Below, in pieces: positions 35,132-47,071 of a stretch of DNA of 64,000 nucleotides. Position 1 is the first letter of the stretch; every line of letters starts with the position of its first letter. The stretch is from Dudresnaya verticillata. Taxonomy: Eukaryota. The notes below the pieces were generated by a model. That model ran no database searches, had not been told where the DNA came from, and was given only the letters and a program-made list of their open reading frames with translations. A program made the position numbers and the translations under genes. The DNA lies in assembly GCA_977862235.1 (NCBI GenBank), contig OZ374560.1, positions 2,542,001-2,606,000 on the forward strand, in the 5' to 3' direction.

Positions 35132-37527
35132 CAATAGTGGGCTCATCAAGGGCGTTCAACGGCCAGGACAGCAGCACTAGCATTGCAGGAGAAGGCACAG
35201 AGATAATGGGCATTAAAAGGTCCCGCTACTGTGACATCATATGTGTGAGAGCGGGGTTGAAAGTGGATGAAGAGACCATATTGTCCACGTTGAGTGGGCC
35301 GGAGATGAAGCTCCGCTGCAAAGAAATACTCAACATGAATGGGACTGAGTTTTCGAAACTCGAAGGCAAGGAGGCCTCTCAGTGTGTTATGACGACGTAT
35401 TGATCGCGCCCTGGGTGCCTCCCTGGGTGTGCAGATGACAGCATGGTGACGTCAAGAATTAATGTAACTGAAATGCCCAGTTCCGCCTTATTGGTAAACA
35501 GTTGTACTAAATGTTTATGGCACAACGCTTGCATCGTGTATATATGATGAGTTGTTTCGTTAGTAGTATAATATAGGTATAAATGAAGTATATAGAAGAT
35601 CTATGGTTTGAGCAAGTTGTCAACAAAATGGTAAGCAGTCCAAAGAAAAGAAGACTCAGAATAAAGCTTGTCTGTACAGTATGCTTCAGTTAAGGTCTTA
35701 GTCTACAGTTAGTTTCTTATATAGTGTTATTCACTCCGGAAGTTTTCGGTCAAGTAAAGAAAAAACGCGTTTCTACCTCAATAAACCAACAAGAGTATCG
35801 AATGTGACAAGGGTTTATCAGTGAGCGCAAATACCAAGAGATATTTTACAGGCTGAGCTCGCTTCTACCAGACGGGGTGTTCTGTTGAAAGTGTGATCCC
35901 TAATCGTGAGAGCCTGCAAGTTCTGAGAAGGGCGATACTGTGACGTGTTTTGGTGACCATGCAAGTCAAAAGTGTGCCGTGCAATGCTGCATACGACCAT
36001 TATACCTAATGGACAGATACTAATAGAGTATTGTATAACAGATGCATGAGGCACAGTGTATCGGATGCGCACGAAATTGTTGCGTGGTGTCAGCGAGTGG
36101 TTCTGAGTCCCATAGAGTGGGTAGACGGAATCAAATTACATTGCGGTAGTCTTCCCATTCAGTCGCATTCATGCTACTCTACAGAAAAACATTGAGCACT
36201 ACTACTTTTCCTGCAGCGCACAACAGATAGAGCTGCAATCACAGGCTTTAGGACAGCGTTACAATATTATTGTTACATTACCTTTATTGGGGATAGCATG
36301 GTAATGGATCGATAGAGAGCCGTTGGGTGGAATGACACCAAGCGAGCTCAACTTTCTCTCCAAATGTAGCATTGCGCAAGTAAAGAACGAAACAGTGGTG
36401 GCGGATACGACTTATTTGAAAGCGAGATCCTGAATCGCTGAAGCTACGTAGTTGAATCTGAAAGAGCAAGCGTTAATCTCACCACCTCTGTTGATGAAGA
36501 CCAGTTTCCACGTGGACAGTGCATATGCATGTAGAAAAACGAAGCCCATCTGAAACTAAGCCCATCAGAAGCCAAAAATAGGCAAGCTCCTTCAGGCGTC
36601 TTCACACTGCACCAACAAGCATTCCTTTATTCACAAAGTTCAGAGTACACGAGCGGAAATTGTGATTAGCTGCACAGTTGTCGACAACAATATCGAGCTG
36701 AGAGAAGTGAGTGCGACTTCATTCATAAGCAAGAGTATAGTGAGTTTCTGCGAATTTAGCTACAGACAAGAAAGGAATGCACTGCTACTTTTGTAACGTT
36801 ACTATACTAGACTGGGATCATAGCATCATCTTCAAGCCTCGACTTGGACTCTAGAATCTGCTTCCTAGACCATCCCCAAACTACCAACAAGCACTCGAAA
36901 CGAGCAGTTAAAAGCAGAATTGTGGGAAAACACTGCAATCACTGTACAGGGAATCTTGATTCGTTTGCATACAGCTTACGTAAAAGACCCGTCCGCCTTT
37001 GGCTAGCACCAGCTGGTGCTGTACTGAGGGAAAGAACCCAAGCCTTCCTTCAGACCCCTGACCGCCCCTGCAGATCTCGCTCTCTCATCATTCATTCCCG
37101 TCTCACCATTGGACGGGGCGGCCGAGTGTTACATTGTACACTATCGAAGCCGCTAGCGGCAGTGAAAACCACATAGGAAATCACATACTACGGCATCTGA
37201 CTCTACCACTGTGCTTTGAAAGATAGCGCATGAGTATGATCATAAAGAGAGAGAGTGTGTGAGTTTTTTTGTCCGTTGTTATGGCTGTGCCTTGTTGGCA
37301 GGAGTATTCATCCTGCTCTCCATTACATTCCACTTACTCTGCAGGGAGTCTCTGCTCTCAAAGTTGAACGCGAGCTCGCTATGCTTCCCGTTCATATTGA
37401 GAATATAAGAGCCGAAGACCCGTCCCAAGGTTATTGTTCCCAGCCGCAACCCCTTCTTTCGGTATCGACTGCCACGCGCATGAAATACCCGCTCCATCTT
37501 CATTCATTACTTGCGCGCAAGCTGCAG

Positions 37528-38805
37528 ATGCGCATCTTCCTTCTCGTTGTATCAGTATTGCTACAATTGAGCAATGCAAAACAAACCTGTCCGGTTTCTC
37601 TATGCTACCCAAATCCACAAGCAACAAGAGAATGTACCCGCACACGGTTCCTTCGCAACAATTGCGTTCTTCGGCAATGCGGGGCCTCTACTTTCCGCTG
37701 CATCAATCGCATTCCTCCACGGCCATGCTTCCCCTTTCTCAAAACGGTCACTCCAGTGCCAGCCGCAACCGCAGGTTTTGCCGTCATCTGTAGATGCAGG
37801 ACTTCGCCTCGGACCGAAACGGCCTCGGATTTGTTCTACACCCGAATGACTGCACGTGGTTCCTTATGCTTCTCCAAATGTCTTCTGTGGACGGCGAGAA
37901 ATGATGGAAGATGCTCAGCTGGCACTCCGGCATCGGGCTTCCTGCCTGGCCTCATATCTTCCTCCTTCACAAGGTGCTGTACGGCCTGCTCAGGTAGTTT
38001 GGAATCCTCTCCCAACGCTCTCTGTATCTCCCCGGGCATGGGCCCCATGGTCTCCCCTACTCCGTCCCCTTCTTCTACCCCACCACCTCTTGTATGCAAG
38101 GCTCGAAATCGGATTCCGTTCGGCAAGAGCGATCCCGGGGAAACGTCCTTCACCATCTATTGCCAATGTGGTGGCTCTAGTACATTTAGTGATTCTAGGC
38201 TCGCACGGTTACCAGATGCAGAGTTCCGCAGCCTCCGTACCTGCCTCACAAGGACAGTGCGGGATGATGGGAGGTGTCAAAGAGGCATACTTCGTGGTTT
38301 TGATGGCTACAAAGTACTGAGGGCTCTCGTGGGCAGCAAATTTGGCTTCTGCTGTAGGAAGAACGGAGGTGGACTCGTTTCGACGCGAAGGATTGATGGG
38401 AGCCAAGATAGAGACGTCTGTACTTCAGTTGACATGTTACCAGCTCCTGGACCGCGCTCGTCGCGCACACCGTCCCCCTCTCCCGAAGCTTGTGAAGTAG
38501 GAACTGCCCGTTCTGGAGCCAGTTTACCTGGGGCGACAAGTTTCTCAGTTACGTGCCGCTGCCTAACTACAACTGCTTTCTCCGGCTCTCGCTTTGCAAT
38601 ATTGGATGCTACGAAATTGTCTTGCTTCAAAGAATGCATGAAGGATGCGTTGAAGGCTGATGGACAGTGTCGATATAGAGGAGGCTCATTCTTTGAATTT
38701 GTTGTCGTCATGGATAGAGAGAATGGACCATGTTGTAACAAGTGCGGAGGCCAGATTGTACAGAGGCAATTATTCTCGCGAACTGTTAACGTTTGCAAGG
38801 AGTAA
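37528..38805 (+). CDS. Secreted Cys-rich protein with three tandem ~115-aa repeat domains
   Basis: Signal peptide MRIFLLVVSVLLQLSNA. Repeated pattern F-x3-C-x-C...C(L/M)-x5-(N/D/A)DGxC...CC-x3-(S/G)G...C, separated by PSP linkers. Confidence 0.85.
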   Translation: MRIFLLVVSVLLQLSNAKQTCPVSLCYPNPQATRECTRTRFLRNNCVLRQCGASTFRCINRIPPRPCFPFLKTVTPVPAATAGFAVICRCRTSPRTETASDLFYTRMTARGSLCFSKCLLWTARNDGRCSAGTPASGFLPGLISSSFTRCCTACSGSLESSPNALCISPGMGPMVSPTPSPSSTPPPLVCKARNRIPFGKSDPGETSFTIYCQCGGSSTFSDSRLARLPDAEFRSLRTCLTRTVRDDGRCQRGILRGFDGYKVLRALVGSKFGFCCRKNGGGLVSTRRIDGSQDRDVCTSVDMLPAPGPRSSRTPSPSPEACEVGTARSGASLPGATSFSVTCRCLTTTAFSGSRFAILDATKLSCFKECMKDALKADGQCRYRGGSFFEFVVVMDRENGPCCNKCGGQIVQRQLFSRTVNVCKE

Positions 38806-41800
38806 CGTTAAACACAGGAGAATGGATAGTCCAATTAAGGCAATTAGACTTGTCCGTTCTGACATTCAAACAACATGGATATGTTACCATAGTACAATAT
38901 AAGATACGGAATGGTAGCAGTATAGCAGTGGCAGCGGTAACTGGTAATATCAGATTTGTGTGCTGGACAAACATGGGAACAGTGAGCTTGGTATCTTTGT
39001 ATTTTGGGTATCAGGTATCTTGGTAACAGCGCAGCATCTTTCCTGTCCAATCTTGTGTATCATGGTATCTATTAGCTAGATAACAGAAAAGTATCATGCC
39101 TGCATCGTCTTGTATCTTGGGCATCAGGTAGGTAAGAGAAAAGGTTGAGCTGTCTCTATAGAACTATCATGGTTGTAAAGAAGTTTTCCTCCTTATACGA
39201 GTGGTAGCGGTGTTATCCCTGACCTGTCCTTATCAGAGGTACAGTTCGAAATGGGTCTGCTGTTGAGCAGCAACTGTAACGTATATAAATACGTATACAT
39301 AACTTGTACCAAATGTATACAGGTATCGAAGTGATACAAATAGAATCATAAAGCTTTGACGTGTATCATATAGCCCTGCAGAAGTTTTAGTAGTGCAACT
39401 CGAGTAATTTTTCTTGTATCCTTCAAGGCTATTGCATTAAATGAATTCCACAGGCGTTCTCCAGCTTGTTTATTTTATGTACCTAGGTGGCTTTGCTGCC
39501 GGCGCAAGCTGAGATCTGGCTAGAGACGAGTTCCCAAGGGCATTATTGAATCTGAGAGATTGCATTGCTTTGGACTATCTGATTGATCCACCAAGACGTC
39601 AACCAGCTTGGGGTAGTTCTCCAGTCTGTCCAGTACGCATAAGAACGCAAGAAATGCGTCTGCCACGATTTTCTTGTTCGCTACTCTGTCCGCCGGCACA
39701 TTATCCTCCATTCTCCAGCACTTAATTACTTCCTTTCGGACTTTTAGAATTCGTCGACCAGCTCCAGGCTTTCCGGATCCGACTCGTTCTGCCATGATAA
39801 AGCTGATTCTTTCAGGATCACTTATGAACTTCAAAATCCCTATGACCTTGCAAAATTGTAAGGTCATACACATGGGTCGCACTAGTTCCGAAAGTTTGAT
39901 TGAGCACCTCGACATACGTAATAGAGGCTTCAGCTTCATAATTGCACAGTGCTAGGGCCACCGGGAATAGGAAGCCGGTTATCTATTTGATCCCTGCCAA
40001 TCTGCCACTATTCTCAAAGCTGTTGCCTTGCTTTCTCGACTTGTTGCCTTATTGCCCCTGTGCAATTGGAAATTGGTGAGAACTAACAATGGCCTTCGTG
40101 CGTTCTTCTTCTATCCGTTAATGATAGGAACAAGGCGTTCCCCTCAGGCTTGGGTGACAGTGTAGCTTATTTGAAAAGGAAGAGGAGTAGGAGCGTCTAA
40201 GCGATGCAGCGTTGCGAGGAAGTCAAGTCATACAGAATGAGGAGACAGGTTTTCCCACTCTGGATATTAGACTATGGCAAAGTAGTATAAGTATGCCTGT
40301 CGGTACTTTTCAGTGTGAGAAGGGTAATTAAAGGGAGAGAATTTCCTGAGATCAATAGAGAGCAGCTAGCTACATAGAGGAGGGGGAGGGAAATTGCGTC
40401 GACAAATCACTTCATTGATGATTACTATTGCTGTTGTTTGCTTGTAATTTGGTAATTTATTGTGTTCGTCTTTTCCGACTCGCGGCTCTACCGCTTCGTT
40501 CAAGGCGGAAGCTCATGTAAATGGGCCCTACTCGCCCGCGTGGGATCACCTAAAATAACATTAAACGTGCAACATGACATGGCGCCGACCTGTACTAAAT
40601 GTAACAGGTTTCTACGAATTACTCTGTTCCAGGGCAGTCGGGATGTTCGTGGGCAACTCGAGGGGTTGGGAACTCTGCAAGCTCACATCGCGCTTCCCCC
40701 TCTGTCCCCCATATAGCTAGCTATATTCAGATTAAACCTTTTTGAAGCGAATAGAATTATGCGATGCTGTGGAAATGCCTTGGAGCAAATGCGAGAGTAA
40801 CGATGGAGAGAGAGAGTCATCCTTAAAAAGTTTTATTGCTGCCTCTCCCGTCCTTAACACAGTAACTCACCATCCTACCATCTCAGTGGCCCGGGCTTTT
40901 ATTTTTATTGTCCGAGAAATCGATGGCCTCTCTGCCACAATTCTGCGGCTGCCGCAAGGGTTGCTGTGATCGATTTTACGCAGCGAGAGGCGTTGTTATC
41001 TTATATGTTATTGGTATAGCAAGGGCGATCACACTGGCGGTAGCGGCGACACATCGGGTCGTTGGCCTCGGTAACGCACATTGTGAGATAAAGAACGTGG
41101 ACAACTTTTGCGCGCAGTTTGGTGAAGCAGGACGATAAGTGTCCTGCCGACAATACCCAATAGCATTCCTATCGGTAATCAGCGTTGGCGCGAAGAGTGG
41201 TTGGAAGGCAACTTGTAACGTTTTGGTTGGGTGATGCGTGGTATCCAGTTGTCATCAATCCATTGGTTGATGCAACTGTTCATTCATCCGCGACATCCTC
41301 CTACAGAGCGCTCACAAACAAATTGTGACGGTAGCGATGGAGAGAGAGTGGGAGAGTGCGCACGATTGCCTATGTCACAGGCATGTCTACTTCTTCTTCC
41401 TTTTCTTTTGGTCTTACTTTAGTCTTGAGTTGCTTTGCTTAACCTTTCGGGCGCATATTGCAGATATCTTTTGAGTTCAATAAACCAACACTGAAACTCT
41501 TCAGTGAACATACGGATAGTAGACCAATCTCTCTGTTACAGTTGACTAGCCGCCTTGTCGGGAAAGCGCTTTGGGGCCTGATCTCAACTGCAATGTTCGT
41601 AACCAACAGGGTGCGACAGATGCTGTGACCACCTGATTTTGCGAGACTCGACCCAGTGAATGGAGTTGAGTGTTGAGACGGAGCGGGTCATTCACATGAA
41701 TTGGCTCTTTCGAGCAAGAACGGTGCAAATCAAGTCTGAAGAACGGATGTGGGAGCTATCTGTTGGCGATCGAGTTTCGCGTGCTGTTCTGCAGACCGGC

Positions 41801-42074
41801 TCGAAAGAGCCGCAGTGTGCCGTGCACTTGCATCACGATGCGACCACGTTGTACAATATGTAGCTTCACTAGCACCGCGCGGCGTCGACATGGCAGGGCC
41901 TGCTGTTGCAGACAGCACCACGTTTGAGTCTATGATTATTTCCAACCTGGAATCAAATAACAATCATTTGCTGAAAGTTTCCAACTATATGGGAAGATCC
42001 AAACGTATTCATAGACTTTGCAGACATGTTAAGTTTCGTAACTCCATTGACGTCGCGCAAAGCAGAAAGTTATT

Positions 42075-43097
42075 TTGAAGTATTATTCAAGAGTTGTGAA
42101 TGTCGCTCAAGCACATAACTCTCTGCCATCGTTTTTAGACGTTTTCGAGGGTCAGGTACTGAACTTTAAACACAATTGGAATCCATCCGCAAAGATGCAT
42201 AATAATGCGAAGGTAGTTGTTGTCGGCGTACACTCCTCAGAACGTACCTTCAATGCACTGACGCCTTTACATGAGGCAGTAAGAAATTCATTAAACGATA
42301 GGATCCCTACGGTTGATATTCTAGCCAGACATTTAAATGGCGATCAATTTTCTGGTCCTCCTGCCCCACCCTATCATGAAGGTGTATTCGCCATACCGAC
42401 TATTAGAAAGCATATCCGCATTCATGGCACAACTATAACCATAGAAGCTCCTTACGATCATCCAGCAAACGCGATTTCTATCCATCAAAATCAGGGATCT
42501 ACCTTAGTTAAAACTGTCGCCTGCCTCAGCGAACAGTCCGAAAAATACTATGGTATGTCGAACGTCGCTACTACTAGGACTCCTATGCCGCAAACTTTAA
42601 AATTCTCTTCAAAGCATGCCTTCCGAGGCGCCTTCAGTATCCGCTTTAATCGAAGAAGAAATCCGAAGGCTAAACGATCTAGTCCCGCACACACAAACAT
42701 GACTTTTTCTTTAGCATTATTTTAAGCTTCGCGCACCCTCGCGCAGCGAGTTCGGGTATTTTAAGCTGGGACCTAAGCACCTTTTCGATCCCACCCAAAT
42801 TCCCTGCCACCCGTCAGGCCTTACAAACTCAGCCCAAGCAGCTCCTGACACTTTTAAGGGACGCCCCTACAACGTGAGACCTCAGTAGGTCAATTTCATC
42901 CGCGATTGCCTCCATCCGTGGGCATTGCAACAGCACCTATGGCGACTAACCCTCCCTGCTCTCCCTAATATCTCTCTGAACCCCCCCAGCGCCCCACGAG
43001 CCTTTTCCATTGAGGCCCCTAGGGTCAGTGTGCCTGCAAATGGGCCTTTATCGCCCGCGCAGGAGTTCCTAAAGCGAACAATAAAATGAACCATCAC
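42075..43097 (+). mobile_element. Degenerate LINE-like 3' fragment ending in the shared stem-loop tail
   Basis: ...AIASIRGHCNSTYGD* (stop 42947-42949), tail GTGTGCCTGCAAATGGGCCTTTATCGCCCGCGCAGG, AATAAA, CATCAC at 43097. The 5' extent, including ORF 42075-42725, is uncertain. Confidence 0.5.
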
Positions 43098-43267
43098 ATG
43101 CAAAGTGAGCAGTTTCAGCACTATCTGACAGTCATACCGCAGCTGGTAACCGATTATTGATGTCGCTGTCGATTGGGTACATGGAAAGTGCCCATGCCCC
43201 ATGGAACGGAAGGCAATCGGATGATGCGATTCATGTCAGAACTTGAACACCCCACGAAACAGTCGTC

Positions 43268-44680
43268 TCAGAAAAAGTCTGCCTTGCTCCCGAAAACACG
43301 ATCCACAGCTTCATACAAGGCCCGTAACGGCATTAGCAAACTATGCGCAATCCTCACCGGGATGTACTGTGTGTAGCAAGTACTCACGACCCCATCCACA
43401 ACCAATTCACCATGCATTGTCTGAGGGTTGTAGAGTCCATTCGACATGATCCTCTCGCTCCGCACCACAACTGTAATACCGCCCTTGTCTTCTTGCACCA
43501 CCCAAACACCGTCTCCAACTTTGATCTCCTCGATCTGCACAATCTCCCTCACACATCCTTTGCTATTACCGCGACAAACAGGTACCATATGCCCGACGGT
43601 TGCCGTCAGCTTCTGTCCCCCGCGAGTGCTCAGTTTGACGTAACGGTCGCCGCTGTACGTTGGGTCGCGGTGGGTCCACATGAAGACCTCGCTGAACTCG
43701 TTTGTAGACACACGAACGCGGTCGCCGGTGCGAAGTTGCTGCATGGAGATGAGCGTTCCATCATCACGCTGGACTGTAGCGGTTCCGGGGAAGCACACAC
43801 CATCATTGTTATTTGAATTTGTCGGGACAGGCGTTGTAGTCGAATCGTCGATACCAAGCGCATCTGTGGTGGTGGTCGTCGTAGTCGTGGTAGTCAAATC
43901 CGTTGTGGTGGTTGAGGTAGTGTCGGCTACGGTGGTGCCGGTGGTGGTGTCTGGCGGGAGTGTGGTTGTGGTATCAGTCGGCGGTGTGGTTGAAGGGTCG
44001 TTACTGGATGGCGGGGAGGAACTGGGTTCCGGGGTGGGGGTAAGGGTAGGTGGGGATGTAGCACTGGCGACCGGGGTGGCGCCCGGCGACAAACTCGGGG
44101 ATGTTGAGGCTATAGGGAATGGAGAGGGGGTTTCATCAGGAGCGATACGAAGGCAAGTATTGGTCGACGTGCAAGTGAAACGTACAGGACAACAACCGGA
44201 ACCACAAGGCATCCCTTCCTCAATCACACCATTGAAGGTGCACAAGAGATAGCCCCTGTCCGAGAGGCAACGCAGCAAACGGCTGTCGGCTGGGCATGAA
44301 GGGAACTTGGAGGTGGCGTCGCAGCCAAGAAGTCGGCGATTGGCAATGGATTGCGGCAGACAGAGCGAGCACACTGCCTTCACGTTGTTCAGTATGCAAG
44401 GGAAGCGGGCAAGGCTGTCAACGCAACCAAACGTCCAGCAGAAGGGATAGGAGCTCGGGCAGCATCGGTCCGGGCAGCAAGCGCCTGAGAGCGGGCACTC
44501 GAAAGGCGACGGACCCGGGCAAGTGCCGTTTAGTTGGGGTTGGAACAGCGCGGAAGAGTCATCGACTGGCAGCGAGACCATTTGACCTACTTGACGGCCA
44601 ACGTACGTGGCCGCGCGGGCGCATGGGGAGAGCAGGGCGGGGGCAAGGGCGAGGGCGAGGACGAGGATGCGGTACTGCAT
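43268..44680 (-). CDS. Secreted hedgehog-type Hint-domain protein (Cys-rich N-domain, Thr/Pro stalk, Hint plus SRR-like tail)
   Basis: Signal peptide. Hint block A CFPGTATV (Cys codon 43795-43793), LRTGDRV, block B LTATVGH, block F YNPQTMHGELVVDGVVSTCY, then AHSLLMPLRALY. Confidence 0.93.
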   Translation of the reverse strand: MQYRILVLALALAPALLSPCARAATYVGRQVGQMVSLPVDDSSALFQPQLNGTCPGPSPFECPLSGACCPDRCCPSSYPFCWTFGCVDSLARFPCILNNVKAVCSLCLPQSIANRRLLGCDATSKFPSCPADSRLLRCLSDRGYLLCTFNGVIEEGMPCGSGCCPVRFTCTSTNTCLRIAPDETPSPFPIASTSPSLSPGATPVASATSPPTLTPTPEPSSSPPSSNDPSTTPPTDTTTTLPPDTTTGTTVADTTSTTTTDLTTTTTTTTTTDALGIDDSTTTPVPTNSNNNDGVCFPGTATVQRDDGTLISMQQLRTGDRVRVSTNEFSEVFMWTHRDPTYSGDRYVKLSTRGGQKLTATVGHMVPVCRGNSKGCVREIVQIEEIKVGDGVWVVQEDKGGITVVVRSERIMSNGLYNPQTMHGELVVDGVVSTCYTQYIPVRIAHSLLMPLRALYEAVDRVFGSKADFF

Positions 44681-45621
44681 GTTTGTATCAGGATGGAGGA
44701 GATGGTTGGGTGGGGTGCGGATGGGAGAGGGAATGCGGCTTGGGTGACGGGAGTCGGGAGTTGGGAGTCGGGAAGCAGGTTGTGCGGGGTGTCAACACGG
44801 GGGGTTATATGCCGATCTAAACGCGGACGCAGCGGATGCTCTGGAGTATCAGCCGCGGCGAGACAGACTGTGGTCCGGTGGAGAAGAGGAGAAGATGTGA
44901 AGTTAGGCGTTTACTGACTTGGTTTAGAGAGCGGTCTGCGACGGCCGCGGCGGCTAAGATCTGGGGTCTCGGCATTGTTGCCTTTGAATGTTGTGTTTTG
45001 ATCTCCGCTGCGATTGGCATAACGCTCTGTGTTGCGCGACGGGACGAAGGCTCCGCCGAATTGTCTTCTGACCCACTGGGTGCCCAATGGTCTGCCGTTG
45101 TCCTGGCCAGTCGGGGTTCTCTTCGCTCGGCGGGGAGATGTCGACCAGGAATTGACTGTAGTGTTGTTGTACTTTTCAGTAGTGCGCTCAATGATTGTTG
45201 AACACTGCTGGTTGTACAGGCTTGGGGACAACAAGCAGTGTGCATGGGGCGACAGATGTGGAAGCGTTAGAGCTGTGCTGCACGTGCTCAGTTCGGCGGA
45301 GCGCCATATTGTTTGCGCGCGTGTTCTCGTTTCACTGCTACGCGCCGTCAGTTGTTTGAAACAAGCTCATTGCTGAACCAAACTGAAGGACCCAACGTGT
45401 AACTTCGTCGTCGATTCTTCACGGTGATACCTATCAATTGGGGATCACAGCAATGCTATTACTGTTCTGCGTACGGCGAAAATCAAGACAAAACCCAACG
45501 CCGGGGGCTGTACCCGACGCTGACGCATCCCAGATAAGATAGCAATGGCCAGGTTTGCAAGTTTCCGCGCGGTTTGCCTCACCAGCGATGGTGCGATGTG
45601 GCGTATAGGAGTGCCTTTCAT

Positions 45622-45992
45622 CTGTCCAACACGCCTCGCTCTCAACATCAAGCTATTCACCGCCGCGAGCAAGCTAAAGCCCGTCATTATCGTCGCTTAT
45701 GTTCTACCAACCGGATAGATCTCCATCCTATGGTGATAGACATCTATGCTGCCATTGGTTCTGGGTTCGATCGAGGCGCTCAGCGCGTGGCGAATTTCCT
45801 AGCTGCTATGAAGGGTACTTCGCCGATATCTGAGAAACTATCTCTTCTCACCCACCTCACCTCTCTTGTACTTCAATCTGTCGCGGTGGCTGTTAACCGC
45901 CGTTTACTCTTCGACCGTCGCCTTTCAGATGAGTTTTAGATAAGCCCCCTTACGGGGCTGCAGTCTTTCCTATGCATAAAGGTCTCCATCTC
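45622..45992 (+). mobile_element. 5'-truncated CRE-like (RLE) non-LTR retrotransposon fragment
   Basis: REQAKARHY...LHPMVIDIY endonuclease C-terminus. Near-identical to the 3' part of the 57940-58612 copy. 3' hairpin AGCCCCCTTACGGGGCT. Candidate TSD TTCAT (45617-45621 and 45993-45997). Confidence 0.8.
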
Positions 45993-47071
45993 TTCATTTT
46001 ACCGTCACAAAAACTGACGCCGCCGCAGTTCAACTGAGCACGAATAGCACTGCTCTTACACCTACGGACGGATGGCGAGCGGGAAAATTGCGTGGCTATT
46101 GGCAAGTTGAAAGAAGGGGAGGTGTCCCGAGGGGAAGGCTTGTGTGCAGCTTGGCAGTTTTCGATAGCACGATATGGGTAAAGCTCGCTCTGGGTTGCGC
46201 ATCACTGCCCCAAGTGTGTGTGCATCACAGCATTGAACCGCGGAACGCTGTTGTTCTATCATTCAATAACTTGGCTTGAAGAGCTGTTCACTCATGGCTG
46301 AAACACTACTTTTTGTTGTACCGTTTATGGTCCAAGCACTGCCGTTCATAGTATTTGTTTTACTGCTTCTTGTTCAAGCAGTTGAGTAGTTACATACTAG
46401 ATGTGTTGTTACGATTATATCCAGCGGTGCACGGCTACGGTATGACAGAACTAGCTGTTTGATAGGTTTATGATACGTCTAGTACTGCAGTTGTATTCAT
46501 GCTACAGATTACGGTGTAGTGCAGACTTTGGTCTATTGATACGGACCTTGTCGAGGTCTGCAATAGTTCTAGCCATTGAACCACAACAACACTTACCGAC
46601 TTATCAACACCCATTCATCCCACCACTTTCCCTTTCGTCAGCAACCCATCCATTCAGTGTGCATCCCTCCCTTTATAAATCATATCGATAATAGCAAGCG
46701 AGTCACAGGCAGGAGAGCATGTCATCAGCGCAAGCGCAATACCGTACCCGTTCCTTTCTACCAACCAGCGGTTTCGCTCTTCGGGCGGGTGATGGCACAG
46801 CCTCTCCCTGCAGAGCACAGCCCGTGTGGGGTCGCGGTGACGCGCCGCAGCGCGCCCTCAAAACCTTTCCCGTGAGCGGCACGGCCGCATTGCAGAGATC
46901 TTCCTGCTGTACCGCACCATGCAGCTGCACCCCAAACCACCCGTTAGCGCAAGCCTCGCTGCCCCTCCCTCCCGCGCCGTCCAACACACGCACAAGCGTG
47001 TGCTTGCCCATGCGCCATCGTCGCCCGCACAAGCCCACACTAAACAACCATTAAAGTCAAACATCACAAGC

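Noticed and set aside
39520..39939. 139-aa ORF
   Set aside because: No recognisable motif and stop-rich flanks. Possibly a decayed gene, but unsupported.
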